Shown here: one piece after another, positions 9,085 through 19,456 of the stretch | How the letters are laid out: the number at the start of each line of letters is the position of its first letter | Position numbering within the stretch: position 1 is the first letter of the stretch | Source of the DNA: Candidatus Cloacimonadales bacterium | GTDB taxonomy: Bacteria > Cloacimonadota > Cloacimonadia > Cloacimonadales > JAFGVF01 | Direction: 5' to 3' | Assembly: GCA_963667035.1 (NCBI GenBank) | Contig: OY762964.1 | Coordinates: 2,720,001 to 2,784,000, forward strand | DNA length: 64,000 nt | Made by a program: the position numbers and the translations under genes | The notes under the pieces: generated by a model | Databases searched by the model: none | What the model saw: only the letters and a program-made list of their open reading frames with translations | What the model was told of the DNA's origin: nothing

Positions 9085-11550
9085 TTAATTTTTAGATGTA
9101 TCTACAGTCCTAAATTCCATATTCTTCAACTTCTTAAGTTGAATAATTGTGAATCCCATCAGCATCATTCCTAGCATCCAGGCCATTGTAGTAGCGATAC
9201 CGAATTTCAGATATAGATATGCTCTTTCGAAGATTAATAGATCTGCTACTTTTGTGGCTTCATTAGGTCCACCAAAAGTCATTACTAATATAAAACCACT
9301 TTGTTGAGCCGAAGCGATAAATGCAGCAATAAATTGCATTATTATCAATGCTTTTAAGCTAGGAACAACAATATGAGAAAGTTTCTGGAAAAAGTTTGCT
9401 CCATCAATATCAGCAGCATCATAAAGGTCATCAGGGATACCCTTTAAAGCTGCTAGATAAATAAGACATCCCGGTCCTACTCCTGCCCAGATTGACGGTA
9501 TTACCGTGCAAAGCATAGCTAAAGATTCATCTTTAATCCACTTACTTTTTTCAAGTCCAAGCCACATCAAAATCTGGTTAAGACCACCGGCATCGGAGGG
9601 ATCATAAAGCAATTTCCACAAATATATAACGATCACACCGCTTACAACAGCAGGCAGATAGTAAATAACTCTATAAACTATTTTCCCATGAGAGACTTCT
9701 TGAAGAAGAATAGCCAATATAATTGGAGGACAGAATCCCAATCCAAGAGATAAAGCCATATAATAGAGAGTTCTCCATAAAGAAGCCCACCAAACTGGAT
9801 CAAACAATACGTCCGCAAAGTTTTGTAATCCTATCCATTCGGATGCTCCGACAAGTTGATAATCTTGGAATGCCATCATAGAACCCATTAGAACAGGAAT
9901 ATATTTCCAAAGTATTATAGATACTAAAGCTGGCAATATCATTAAATACGGTAACCATCGCATGCGGTTTTTCTTTTTTACAGACCAAGTCTGATCTGGT
10001 GTAAAGTATCTCCAAATGTGGATTAAGGCAGCTATAAAGGCTGCGAAAATAATTATGGCAATGACAACTGCTATATTGTTTCTTTTCTTTCTTTCTTCCA
10101 GAGATATCTTACCGATCATCTCCTTATTAGTTCTCATTGCACCTTTATCGAGAAGCTCTTTTATCTTTTCTCTTTTTTCTTCTGTATTATTTCCAAGTTC
10201 ACCGTTTTCTTCCAAAGATATACACTTTTCAACAGGCACGGTCATGAATTCATATACTTTCTGAGTATTACGTCCATAAGGCTCAGGTTTACCGTTTTCA
10301 ATCGCTTCTTCAAATGTTTCAATCCAACCTTTCGGTACATACTTTAAGTATTCGTCATAGCCGTATCTCTTTAAATAGAGTGGATTTTGAAGTTTACCGT
10401 ATCCGGCTTCTATCATCACTTTGATTCTTATCTTTCTAGCTTCTTCACTATCAAAGAATTTTATGTATTTGAAAGCGGCATCTTTTACTTTGTAAGAATC
10501 TCTATCGCCTAGACCTGCATTATTACTTTCTCCTGCTCCTGCAAAAATACCCATCATTCTGCAATTTATTTCAGACCCTCTTACGCCTGTTGGACCTAAA
10601 GGGCATGGTGCAAGCCCATAAAGATTAGGGTCAAGATTTCCACCTAGGGATTGTTGATTCATATATCCCATCTTCATCCCTATTTTCCCTTCATCCCAAT
10701 TACGAGCCCAATCACCTTCTCTTATAACAAAGCCTTTTTGAGGATTGCCTGAAGAATCTGTCCATTTAGTAGTAAGAAGCTTTAAGTAATACTCCATTGC
10801 CATTACACCGGCATCTGAGTTAAAAGCAGCTAGCCATTCTCCTGAGTCAGGATCTTGAACAACGGCTTCTCCTCCTGCACTCCAAAGATATGTTATCCAG
10901 TCATAGGCTGCTTGAGGACCAGAAGCTAAATACATTCCGAAAATTCCCTCTTCGGGAATTGTCATTTGTCTGGAAAAACTAAGTAATTCATCCCAATCTT
11001 TGGGAGGATGATTAGGATCAAGACCTACACGCCCGAAAAGGTCTTTTCTATACATTAAAACTCTTACCAATGTCTCGTAAGGTAGACACCAGAAATGCTC
11101 TTCAGTTTCACCATATTTTTTACGTTTTACAACCGGCATTACAGGTTTCTCAATTCTTAGTTTAAGTTCTTCTTCCGTAAACTCGTCCATGAACTCGTCT
11201 AAGGGATAGAGAAAGTTACTTTCAATGTAAGTAGCTGATTGTCTAAAGTTAACGTATATGATATCCGGAGATACTCCTCCGGCAATAGCCATCAATGGTC
11301 CGGCATCCAGATCCATATTCTCGATTCTTATTCCTGAATATGAACGTAATTCTATCCAAGGATACTTTTTCTGAAAGGCTTTTACAACTTCTAGATTGGC
11401 TTTATTGTAAGGACTATTGTCTCGTGGGTCGGGAAGGTCAAAGACTTTTACAATAACTTTGTTCTGCGAACTGCCGGTTGTGGCTGAGAGAGTTGTAAAC
11501 AGTATTATTATTACAACCAGGGCAAGAACTGCCTTGGAAATCCTCATCAA
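9085..11550 (-). CDS. Fused sugar ABC substrate-binding protein and MalF-like permease
   Basis: Signal peptide, SBP-like region (AIAGGVSPDI, LMYRKDLF, PKDWDEL), then TM domain with WIGLQNF and DLYDAADIDGAN EAA loop. Confidence 0.87.
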   Translation of the reverse strand: MMRISKAVLALVVIIILFTTLSATTGSSQNKVIVKVFDLPDPRDNSPYNKANLEVVKAFQKKYPWIELRSYSGIRIENMDLDAGPLMAIAGGVSPDIIYVNFRQSATYIESNFLYPLDEFMDEFTEEELKLRIEKPVMPVVKRKKYGETEEHFWCLPYETLVRVLMYRKDLFGRVGLDPNHPPKDWDELLSFSRQMTIPEEGIFGMYLASGPQAAYDWITYLWSAGGEAVVQDPDSGEWLAAFNSDAGVMAMEYYLKLLTTKWTDSSGNPQKGFVIREGDWARNWDEGKIGMKMGYMNQQSLGGNLDPNLYGLAPCPLGPTGVRGSEINCRMMGIFAGAGESNNAGLGDRDSYKVKDAAFKYIKFFDSEEARKIRIKVMIEAGYGKLQNPLYLKRYGYDEYLKYVPKGWIETFEEAIENGKPEPYGRNTQKVYEFMTVPVEKCISLEENGELGNNTEEKREKIKELLDKGAMRTNKEMIGKISLEERKKRNNIAVVIAIIIFAAFIAALIHIWRYFTPDQTWSVKKKNRMRWLPYLMILPALVSIILWKYIPVLMGSMMAFQDYQLVGASEWIGLQNFADVLFDPVWWASLWRTLYYMALSLGLGFCPPIILAILLQEVSHGKIVYRVIYYLPAVVSGVIVIYLWKLLYDPSDAGGLNQILMWLGLEKSKWIKDESLAMLCTVIPSIWAGVGPGCLIYLAALKGIPDDLYDAADIDGANFFQKLSHIVVPSLKALIIMQFIAAFIASAQQSGFILVMTFGGPNEATKVADLLIFERAYLYLKFGIATTMAWMLGMMLMGFTIIQLKKLKNMEFRTVDTSKN

Positions 11551-11801
11551 TAAATCCTCATTTTAAAATATTTGACATGCAGAATATTAAGTTTATAGTA
11601 ATCAAGAGATTATGCTTATATTCTCCAAATTGCTCTAAATATGTTTATTGTTTTTATTTGTGTCAACTAATATCTGGGATTTTGTTCCAACTTATTGCAT
11701 GAATACTATAACATATTCCAAAATATACAATTAGAAGTTGATATTAATTAAAGAATCAGTTAGATATTGTAGTATAATTATTGAGATTAATTCAATATGA
11801 G

Positions 11802-12527
11802 TTAATCAACTACTTTTATAATCTCTATAGCTTTATCCAGATCATGTTGAGTATCAATACCAATGCCTTGGTAGTCGGTCTTCACCATACGGATTTTTAT
11901 ACCGTTCTCCAATAATCTTAATTGCTCTAGTTTTTCAATTAGTTCAAGTTTGCCTTGATTAAGCTTAACAAATAAGCCTAGAGTATCTTTTCTAAAAGCA
12001 TATACTCCAATATGTCTATACGAAGTAAACTCGACAGCATCCCTAGAATAAGGCAATGGTGAGCGACTAAAGTATAGTGCATTGTTATTGTTATCGCAAA
12101 CAACTTTCACACAATTTGGATTTGAGTAATCCGTTTCATTAGCAATTTGTGTCATTAAGGAAGCAACTTCAACTTCAGGGTCTTTAAAAGCTTCAAGTAG
12201 TTCCGAGAGAGTTTTATCATCTATAAATGGCTCATCACCTTGCACATTCACGATAACATCGCAATCTTTACTTCTTGATGCCTCAAACACTCTGTCTGTT
12301 CCGCTTTTACAATCGGAAGAAGTCATTACGCTTTGACCATGAAAAGAGCTTACTTCATTTGCAATTCTAGTGTCATCGGTAGCGACAATTATTTCATCAA
12401 AGAGCTTTGTTGATACTACAGCTTCATATACTCTATGAATCATAGTCTTACCACAAATATCCTTAAGGGGCTTACCCGGTAAACGAGTAGATTCATATCG
12501 AGCGGGAATAACAGCTATTGCTTTCAT
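11802..12527 (-). CDS. kdsB: 3-deoxy-manno-octulosonate cytidylyltransferase
   Basis: IPARYESTRLPGKPL, NVQGDEP, HIGVYAF, LEQLRLLENG. Confidence 0.97.
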   Translation of the reverse strand: MKAIAVIPARYESTRLPGKPLKDICGKTMIHRVYEAVVSTKLFDEIIVATDDTRIANEVSSFHGQSVMTSSDCKSGTDRVFEASRSKDCDVIVNVQGDEPFIDDKTLSELLEAFKDPEVEVASLMTQIANETDYSNPNCVKVVCDNNNNALYFSRSPLPYSRDAVEFTSYRHIGVYAFRKDTLGLFVKLNQGKLELIEKLEQLRLLENGIKIRMVKTDYQGIGIDTQHDLDKAIEIIKVVD

Positions 12528-12537
12528 TGCGACCTCA

Positions 12538-14379
12538 TTATTTCAAATGCTTTTTCTTTTTAAGATATATCATTAATGCAGACACATCTGTGAAATTAAC
12601 TCCTGAAATCCTCATCACTTGACCCATATTTCTCGGTTGTATCTTCATCATTTTCTCTCGTGCTTCATAGGAGATTGATTGTATTTCCATGAAATCCAAA
12701 TCAGGGGGGATATCCATGTTTTCCATTTTAGTGTATTTATCAATATCGGCTAATTGTCTTTTAAGATAGCCTTCATATTTACATTCCAATGAAAGTTTTC
12801 TTATGACTTCATCGGTTACATCATTAGGCTTTTTATAGCCGAATCTCTGTAAATCGTCAAAACTATAATCGGGACGTTTGAGTATTTGATATAGTTTTAC
12901 GGGCTCTGCTAATTCAGCTGATTTTGTAGACTTCCTGTTTCTTAGAAACTCCATTTCTCTATTCTTAACTTCCATCACTTTTTTGTATCTGTTCCATCTA
13001 GTATCTGAAACAAGTCCCAGTTTATAACCAGTTTGCATCAATCTTTCATCTGCATTGTCTTGTCTGAGGAAGAGTCTATATTCAGCTCTGGAAGTGAATA
13101 ATCTGTAAGGTTCGGTTGTTCCTTTAGTGACGAGGTCGTCAAGTAGAACTCCAATATAAGAGTTGGAACGGTCAAAAATCAAAGGATCTTTTTTATCTAG
13201 TGATAACACTGCATTTATACCGGCTGAAAAGCCTTGTGCCGCAGCTTCTTCGTAACCGGAAGTTCCGTTAATCTGCCCTGCGAGATATAGTCCTTCAATT
13301 TTCTTTGTTTCCATAGTAACTTTGATTTCTGAAGGAACAACATAGTCGTATTCTATTGCATAGCCATAACGCATAATAGTAGCTTTTTCCAATCCCGGTA
13401 TAGTTTGAAGCATTTTCTGCTGTATATAGGGAGGAAGACTGTTTGAGACTCCATTCACATAAGCCTCAAATGTGTTTACACCTTCCGGTTCAATAAACAC
13501 ATGATGACGGTCTTTTCCTGTAAACTTCACAATCTTATCTTCAATAGAGGGACAATATCTGGGTCCTGTTCCGGATATAAAGCCACCGTAGAGAGAGGAG
13601 TACTTAAGATTATCAGAAATCACTTTATGTGTTTCCGGATTGGTCCAACTTAAATAACAACTGATATCATTTCTTAATTTTAAATCTCTATAATATGAGA
13701 AGCCTTCCGGGTTTTCATCTCCCGGTTGCTCTTCCACTTTACTTAAATCAACGGTTCTCAAATCTACTCTAGGCGGAGTACCGGTTTTAAAACGCTCAAC
13801 CTGAAAACCTTCTTTTAATAGCCATTCAGATAAACCGTCAGAGGATGGTTCACCGGATCTGCCACCCGGTACATTAATTGATCCTACATGGATAGTTCCC
13901 CTAAGGAAAGTACCGTTTGCCAATATTACTTTAGAAGCATAATATCTTTCACCAATTGATGTAACAACGCCGGCAACTTTCTTGTTATCCAAAATCACTT
14001 CCATAACATCAGATTCAATCAGATGCAGGTTCTTTTGCTTTTCCAAGAATTCTCTCATAACAATAGAATACATTTGTCGGTCATTCTGACTTCTAGGAGC
14101 CCAAACTGCAGGTCCTTTACTTCTGTTCAACATTCTGAACTGGATACCTGTTAAATCGGCAACATGTCCTATCACTCCTCCAAGAGCATCAAGCTCTCTT
14201 GCCAGATGTCCTTTAGCAGGTCCTCCGACTGTCGGATTACAAGACATTCGACCTATGGATTCCATTTTTAGTACAAAGCAGGCAGTGTTTGCACCCATTT
14301 TGGCACTGGCAAGGGCTGCTTCACACCCTGCATGTCCGGCACCAACAACTATTACATCAAATTTATTGCTCATCATCAA
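12538..14379 (-). CDS. mnmG: tRNA uridine-5-carboxymethylaminomethyl modification enzyme GidA
   Basis: [49 protein letters not shown]. Confidence 0.98.
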   Translation of the reverse strand: MMMSNKFDVIVVGAGHAGCEAALASAKMGANTACFVLKMESIGRMSCNPTVGGPAKGHLARELDALGGVIGHVADLTGIQFRMLNRSKGPAVWAPRSQNDRQMYSIVMREFLEKQKNLHLIESDVMEVILDNKKVAGVVTSIGERYYASKVILANGTFLRGTIHVGSINVPGGRSGEPSSDGLSEWLLKEGFQVERFKTGTPPRVDLRTVDLSKVEEQPGDENPEGFSYYRDLKLRNDISCYLSWTNPETHKVISDNLKYSSLYGGFISGTGPRYCPSIEDKIVKFTGKDRHHVFIEPEGVNTFEAYVNGVSNSLPPYIQQKMLQTIPGLEKATIMRYGYAIEYDYVVPSEIKVTMETKKIEGLYLAGQINGTSGYEEAAAQGFSAGINAVLSLDKKDPLIFDRSNSYIGVLLDDLVTKGTTEPYRLFTSRAEYRLFLRQDNADERLMQTGYKLGLVSDTRWNRYKKVMEVKNREMEFLRNRKSTKSAELAEPVKLYQILKRPDYSFDDLQRFGYKKPNDVTDEVIRKLSLECKYEGYLKRQLADIDKYTKMENMDIPPDLDFMEIQSISYEAREKMMKIQPRNMGQVMRISGVNFTDVSALMIYLKKKKHLK

Positions 14380-14502
14380 GTTATCCTTAATAAATATATT
14401 TATTACCTATTTAATGATTCTCATTTTATGTCAAGCCGATAGTAAAATACTAGACATCGGTTTGTTACATACAATCTTTAAGGAACAGATACTAATTTGG
14501 TT

Positions 14503-14589
14503 TTAAATCCGATTTCTTATAATAGTTGTTTTGCTTAACTTTATGTCATAAGTTATATTCACAAACTTTGAGATAGCTTGCATGTTCAT
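14503..14589 (-). CDS. Possible 28-aa small ORF (MNMQAISKFVNITYDIKLSKTTIIRNRI)
   Basis: Perfect AAGGAGG 8 nt upstream of ATG; below the ORF track length cut-off; no recognisable homology. Confidence 0.35.
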   Translation of the reverse strand: MNMQAISKFVNITYDIKLSKTTIIRNRI

Positions 14590-14759
14590 GTGTGTAACCT
14601 CCTTTTTATGGTCTATAATATGCTATCATCAAAGAACGTAAAAATCGTGGCAATCCTATGTTTCAGATTACTATCGGAGATAACAAAACTGGATACTTTA
14701 AAGGGTTACCTCCCATATCTTTCTCTGGATATTATGAACATGCTACCCCCTCTTTCAAC

Positions 14760-14891
14760 ACTCGGGACTCACACGGGAATCTCGCGGGACTCACACGGGA
14801 ATCTCGCGGGACTCTCTCGGGAATCACTCGGGACTTTACCCGAGAAATTCCCGCGAAACTCTCAAACAAATCCCGAATAATTCCCGAGAGT
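14760..14891. repeat. 11-bp phased CGGGA/TCCCG repeat array with dyad symmetry
   Basis: CGGGA at 14763, 14774, 14785, 14796, 14807, 14818 and 14829, then inverted copies at 14838, 14849, 14871 and 14882; exact 22-bp tandem duplication CGGGACTCACACGGGAATCTCG. Confidence 0.9.
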
Positions 14892-15123
14892 TAAAAGGAG
14901 GCACAGAAAGTTCTGGGTAGATGAAACGAAAACGAAAGCTGCCTTCAGAATAATCATCTTTCTTTTATTCTTTAGATATGATCTGATGTTAAAACGGTTA
15001 AAGAGTTTATGGAAGAAGTATTAACGTCTATATCCTTAACCTCGAGCATTATGTTTTATAATAATCAGGTTGACATAAGTTAAGAGAGAATAATCTTAGA
15101 TTTAAGTTCTTTGAGAAAGCAAA

Positions 15124-15213
15124 CACGTATTTTGGGGTACTGCTGTTAATCAGTGGTTGAGATCAAACCCATCATACCTGATCCGGATAATGCCGGCGTA
15201 GGGAAAATATGTT
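15124..15213 (+). ncRNA. TPP riboswitch (THI box)
   Basis: GGGGT...TGAGA...ACCC...ACCTGATCCGGATAATGCCGGCGTAGGGA core; P1 CGTATTTT/AAAATATG; upstream of a TonB receptor and a ykoE-like gene. Confidence 0.93.
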
Positions 15214-15225
15214 CGAATAATATTT

Positions 15226-15259
15226 AAACCATATCGTCCACGGCGTTATGGTTTTTTTT
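15226..15259 (+). terminator. Riboswitch expression-platform terminator
   Basis: AAACCATATCGTC-CAC-GGCGTTATGGTTT hairpin followed by a T run, directly after the aptamer. Confidence 0.8.
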
Positions 15260-15310
15260 ATTCCGCATAATTTTCTCTTCAATTCTCAATGAGAAATTGA
15301 TGGAGGAAAA

Positions 15311-17755
15311 ATGAAAAAGAAACTCTTAACTCTCGCAATGCTGTTAATCGGAATAATTTCCGTTTGTTCAGCAAAACAACTCAGTGGAACCGTAACTGAT
15401 AAAACTACGGGTAATCCGATAGAAAACGCAATTGTTTCCACTGAACAATCAACAGTTACAACTGATACTAAAGGTCATTTCATAATTGAGACATCAGATA
15501 ATGAAATCAATGTTAAAAGAATGGGCTATGAAGAGCTTGAAGTTGCCGTTAATTCAGATTATCTTAAAATTAAACTGGAAAGAAAATCTGTCGAACTTTC
15601 AGGAGTGAAAGTCTCGACAACTCGTGTAAAGACAGAAACTTCACCTATTACTATCACTAATATTGACCAGGAAGAGATTCTCGAAGTTAGTTATGGACAA
15701 GACATTCCACTTCTTCTTGACGATGTACCAAACTTGCACACATACTCAGAGGCCGGTTCAGCTTTAGGTTACTCTCACATGAAAGTTCGAGGATTTGATG
15801 AGAGGAGAATCGGTATTATGGTTAATGGAATACCTTTCAATGATCCTGAAGACCATTCCGTATACTGGGTTGATATGCCGGACTTGGCAGAAAATGTTGA
15901 AAATATTCAGTTCCAAAAAGGTGTAGGTAATTCTCAATATGGTGTTTCAACTTTTGGTGGTTCACTTAATTTAATGACAAACAGCCTTAACAATCCTTAT
16001 CTTGCTGAGATTAGTTCCAATTACGGAAGTTTCAATACATGGAAGTATAGTGCAAAAATAGCAAAAGACCTTGGAAAAGGTTTTATCTCATCATTACGAT
16101 TCTCACAAATGGCATCTGACGGTTATAGAGATAATACTGCTTCCAAGATGTGGTCATACTTCTATAATCTTTCTTATATAGGTAAAAACTCGGTAACCGA
16201 GTTTAACACTTATGGAGGTAACGAAGTTACTCATGCGGCTTGGTATGCTTCTCCGATAGCTGAATTGAATGATAACCCTCAACATAATCCCAAAACTTAT
16301 GACAATGAAATAGATGATTTTTCTCAACCTCACTATGAGCTTCATAATCGTTGGAGAATAAATGATAAGTTGCTTTGGCAGAACTCAGCCTTTTACATCA
16401 GAGGTAAAGGTTTCTATGAACAGCTTAAGGATGAGGATGATTTATATTATTACTCACTTTCAAGCGATGATAACGACTCTGTTGCAGATGTTGTCAGACA
16501 GAAATGGGTTAAAAAACAGCACTATGGTTTAGTTTCAAACCTCACATGGTCACATCTGATGGGAGAGATTACATTCGGAACTTATCTTGCTAAGTTTGAT
16601 AGCGACCACTGGGGAGAAATTAAGAATGTATCCAATGCTGTAGATGCTGATGGAAATTCATTAGATGTAGATTATAGTGTAGGACAGAAGTATCACCAAT
16701 ACAAAGGTAATAAGGATTACATCACATTCTATGTAAATGAAAACTTTAATCTTAATGAATCCCTTTCTATGGTGGCTAACCTTCATTATCAGGGAATCAA
16801 ATACACATTTGAACAGGAAGAAGTAGGTAACTTCACTGGTGAAAACCTTCATAGTTATGATGTTGACTATGAATTCCTCAATCCGAGATTTGGTTTAAAC
16901 TATAGAGTATCTGAAGATATGAACTTGTATGGTAATGTTTCTTTTGCCGAGAGAGAGCCTGCTGATCAGGAACTCTATAACATCTGGGACGATGCTTCAG
17001 ACCTTGGAACAGCTCCTCTCTTTGAAACAAGCCATGAAGTTGTTGATAGTGAAGGAAATGTTGTGAGAATAGAATGGGAAGATCCTGTTGTAAAACCTGA
17101 AAAGGTTATTAACTATGAGATCGGACAAAGAGTTAATATTGAAGGTTGGAACATCGAAACCGCTATTTTCTGGATGGACTTTGATAAAGAAATCGTTCGT
17201 TACGGTGGTGTAGATTCCGATGGCTATCCTAACATGGGTAATGCCGATAAAACAATCCACAGAGGTGTTGAATTAGCTATTAAGAAAGAATTCTTTAATA
17301 ATTTAGGACTGTCGGCTAACGTAGCATATAATGATAACTATTTCAAGAATTTCAAAGCTTATGACACTAATTGGGATACTTACGAAACATTCGTTGTTGA
17401 CTATTCAGGAAACAAGATTGCTAACTTCCCTGATGTAATTGCCAATGCCAAGATAAGCTATAATTGGAGATGGTTAACCGCAACTTGTGAATATAAGTAT
17501 GTTGGCGAACAGTATCTTGATAATACTCAAAATCCTGATAGAACAATACCTGAATATAGTCTTGTTAATGCAGGGTTGAAATTTAAACTCACTAACATTG
17601 GTTTATTGAAGACAACAAGTATTACATTTAACGTTAATAACTTGTTTGATAAAACTTATTATACAGATGGTTATTATGATGCTTGGGATGGCGGAAATAA
17701 CTACTGGATAGGTTCAGAACGTAACTTTATGATAGGATTTAGAACCGGTATATAA
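15311..17755 (+). CDS. TonB-dependent receptor, probably for thiamine or a precursor
   Basis: Signal peptide, carboxypeptidase-regulatory-like N-domain, plug motif VRGFD..IGIMVNGIP, C-terminal NVNNLFDKTY..RNF; TPP riboswitch upstream. Confidence 0.9.
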   Translation: MKKKLLTLAMLLIGIISVCSAKQLSGTVTDKTTGNPIENAIVSTEQSTVTTDTKGHFIIETSDNEINVKRMGYEELEVAVNSDYLKIKLERKSVELSGVKVSTTRVKTETSPITITNIDQEEILEVSYGQDIPLLLDDVPNLHTYSEAGSALGYSHMKVRGFDERRIGIMVNGIPFNDPEDHSVYWVDMPDLAENVENIQFQKGVGNSQYGVSTFGGSLNLMTNSLNNPYLAEISSNYGSFNTWKYSAKIAKDLGKGFISSLRFSQMASDGYRDNTASKMWSYFYNLSYIGKNSVTEFNTYGGNEVTHAAWYASPIAELNDNPQHNPKTYDNEIDDFSQPHYELHNRWRINDKLLWQNSAFYIRGKGFYEQLKDEDDLYYYSLSSDDNDSVADVVRQKWVKKQHYGLVSNLTWSHLMGEITFGTYLAKFDSDHWGEIKNVSNAVDADGNSLDVDYSVGQKYHQYKGNKDYITFYVNENFNLNESLSMVANLHYQGIKYTFEQEEVGNFTGENLHSYDVDYEFLNPRFGLNYRVSEDMNLYGNVSFAEREPADQELYNIWDDASDLGTAPLFETSHEVVDSEGNVVRIEWEDPVVKPEKVINYEIGQRVNIEGWNIETAIFWMDFDKEIVRYGGVDSDGYPNMGNADKTIHRGVELAIKKEFFNNLGLSANVAYNDNYFKNFKAYDTNWDTYETFVVDYSGNKIANFPDVIANAKISYNWRWLTATCEYKYVGEQYLDNTQNPDRTIPEYSLVNAGLKFKLTNIGLLKTTSITFNVNNLFDKTYYTDGYYDAWDGGNNYWIGSERNFMIGFRTGI

Positions 17756-17767
17756 ATAATTAATAAT

Positions 17768-17795
17768 ACCTGTGCCACAATTAAGTGGCACAGGT
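17768..17795 (+). other. Strong intercistronic stem-loop
   Basis: Perfect 11-bp stem ACCTGTGCCAC-AATTAA-GTGGCACAGGT between the receptor and S-component genes; weak U tract. Confidence 0.7.
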
Positions 17796-17813
17796 TATTT
17801 AATAGAGGATACA

Positions 17814-18380
17814 ATGAAAAAACTTAAATTATCCGAGATAATCTTTATTACTGTAGTATCAACAGCTATGGGTGTATTCTGGTGGGGATATACCTTCTTG
17901 TACGATATTGTTTCACCTTTTTTAAAACCTCTGGGAATTGAAAATCTGATGTCCGGTGTTTGGTTAATGGGAGCAGTATTCTTTCCATTTATCATTAGAA
18001 AACCGGGAAGTGCTATTCTTGGAGAAACTGTTGCAGCATTTGTCCAAGGCTTCATTGCTAGATGGGGGATTACCTCAATTCTTTTCGGATTTGGTCAGAG
18101 CGTACTTGTTGAACTGTTTTTCCTCTCCTTAGGATATAAACGTTGGAACAGAGCGGTAATGATGATAGCTGCCATGCTCTCGGCAATAAGCTCATACCTT
18201 GTATCATTGTTTTACGAAAAGTGGTATACCTACTCGGTTGCTTTCAATATTAAACAAATAATATGTTACCTTATTGGGGGTGTTTTGTTTGCGGGAATTC
18301 TTAGTATCTTTGTTGCTAACAGATTAAAGAAGACAGGTATATTAAACCAGTTCGAAATTGTAATGGATGATTTGAAATAA
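17814..18380 (+). CDS. ykoE: ECF transporter S component, YkoE-like (thiamine/HMP)
   Basis: GVW..GAV...IIRKPGSAILGE motif, about 6 TM helices, TPP regulon context; ATG 17814 has a GAGG RBS. Confidence 0.82.
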   Translation: MKKLKLSEIIFITVVSTAMGVFWWGYTFLYDIVSPFLKPLGIENLMSGVWLMGAVFFPFIIRKPGSAILGETVAAFVQGFIARWGITSILFGFGQSVLVELFFLSLGYKRWNRAVMMIAAMLSAISSYLVSLFYEKWYTYSVAFNIKQIICYLIGGVLFAGILSIFVANRLKKTGILNQFEIVMDDLK

Positions 18381-18382
18381 GT

Positions 18383-19456
18383 TTATTTTAGAGCAGTATA
18401 TCTGCTTCCGGCTATTCTTCTAATCATCCCGTCCATCTCAAGCTCCAAGAGATTTGCGGATAACTCACCGAAGCTTTGACCGGTTAATTCAATCAAAGTA
18501 TCAATATCCAAAGGCTCGTTAGCTTCAGAAATAAACTTGTAAATTGGATTTGAAGAATCAGGTATATTTGTTTGTTTTAACCTCGTAGACTTTATCCCGA
18601 GTTCAACCATTAATTCATCAATATCAGTAATCGGGGTTGCACCCATATTGATAAGCTTGTTTGCACCTTTTGCCGTTTCTCTTGTAATATCACCGGGAAC
18701 GGCAAACAAGGCTCGATTCTGTTCAATGGCAAATCTTGCAGTAATCAGAGCTCCGCTTTTCTCTCCACCTTCTATTAGAATGACAGCTCTGGAAATACCG
18801 CTAATCAATCTGTTTCTTTCAGGGAAATGCCATCTTTCAACTTTCTCTCCCGGAAGGTATTCCGATAACAATAATCCTTTTTGTGCTATTGCTTCTGCCA
18901 TTTCTCTATGTCCAGGAGGATAAATGAGGTCGATGCTTCCCGGTAGTATAGCAATAGTGCTTCCATTTTTCTTGAGAGCTACCCGGTGGGCCTCGGCATC
19001 AACTCCATAGCTTAATCCGCTAACAATCGTTACACCCGCTTCTGCTAGTCTTTCGACAATTGAATTTGTAACTCTAACACCATAATTGCTAATCTTTCTG
19101 GTTCCAATGATAGCTATACAATCATTAGTGATAGAAAGATTACCTTTATAAAATAGAAATAGAGGAGGACAATACAAGGATTTGAGAATTTCAGGATACT
19201 CAGGATCAAGGATAGAGCAGAAGCTCATGTCCAATTCATCAAATATTCTATTCTGATGTTGGTCGAACTCAAGATCGGTTTTACTCCATATCTTTGAGAC
19301 ATTGTAAGGAATGATACTGTCTTCATGAATAGAGGAATGGGGTGTTCCTATATAATTATAAGGTTCACCCCATTTGTTAATAATCTTATATTTATCAATT
19401 AACCGGATTCCCTTCTGATTTCTGAGAGTAATCCAGGCTTTGATTCTTTTATTCAT
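18383..19456 (-). CDS. dprA: DNA-processing protein DprA
   Basis: IAIIGTR, VSGLSYGVDAEAH, FPERNRLISG, SGALITA, C-terminal winged helix. Confidence 0.95.
   Translation of the reverse strand: MNKRIKAWITLRNQKGIRLIDKYKIINKWGEPYNYIGTPHSSIHEDSIIPYNVSKIWSKTDLEFDQHQNRIFDELDMSFCSILDPEYPEILKSLYCPPLFLFYKGNLSITNDCIAIIGTRKISNYGVRVTNSIVERLAEAGVTIVSGLSYGVDAEAHRVALKKNGSTIAILPGSIDLIYPPGHREMAEAIAQKGLLLSEYLPGEKVERWHFPERNRLISGISRAVILIEGGEKSGALITARFAIEQNRALFAVPGDITRETAKGANKLINMGATPITDIDELMVELGIKSTRLKQTNIPDSSNPIYKFISEANEPLDIDTLIELTGQSFGELSANLLELEMDGMIRRIAGSRYTALK

Noticed and set aside
14760..14891. Possible CRISPR or TIGR-type array
   Set aside because: Units are 11 bp with no unique spacers of guide length, and no cas or effector gene is visible in the window.
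14578..14894. 100-aa and 78-aa ORFs spanning the repeat array
   Set aside because: Openness is explained by the stop-poor GC-rich repeat; low-complexity translation and no convincing RBS.
14380..15120. oriC next to gidA
   Set aside because: No perfect TTATNCACA box found, only mismatched candidates, and dnaA is absent; not supportable without skew analysis.
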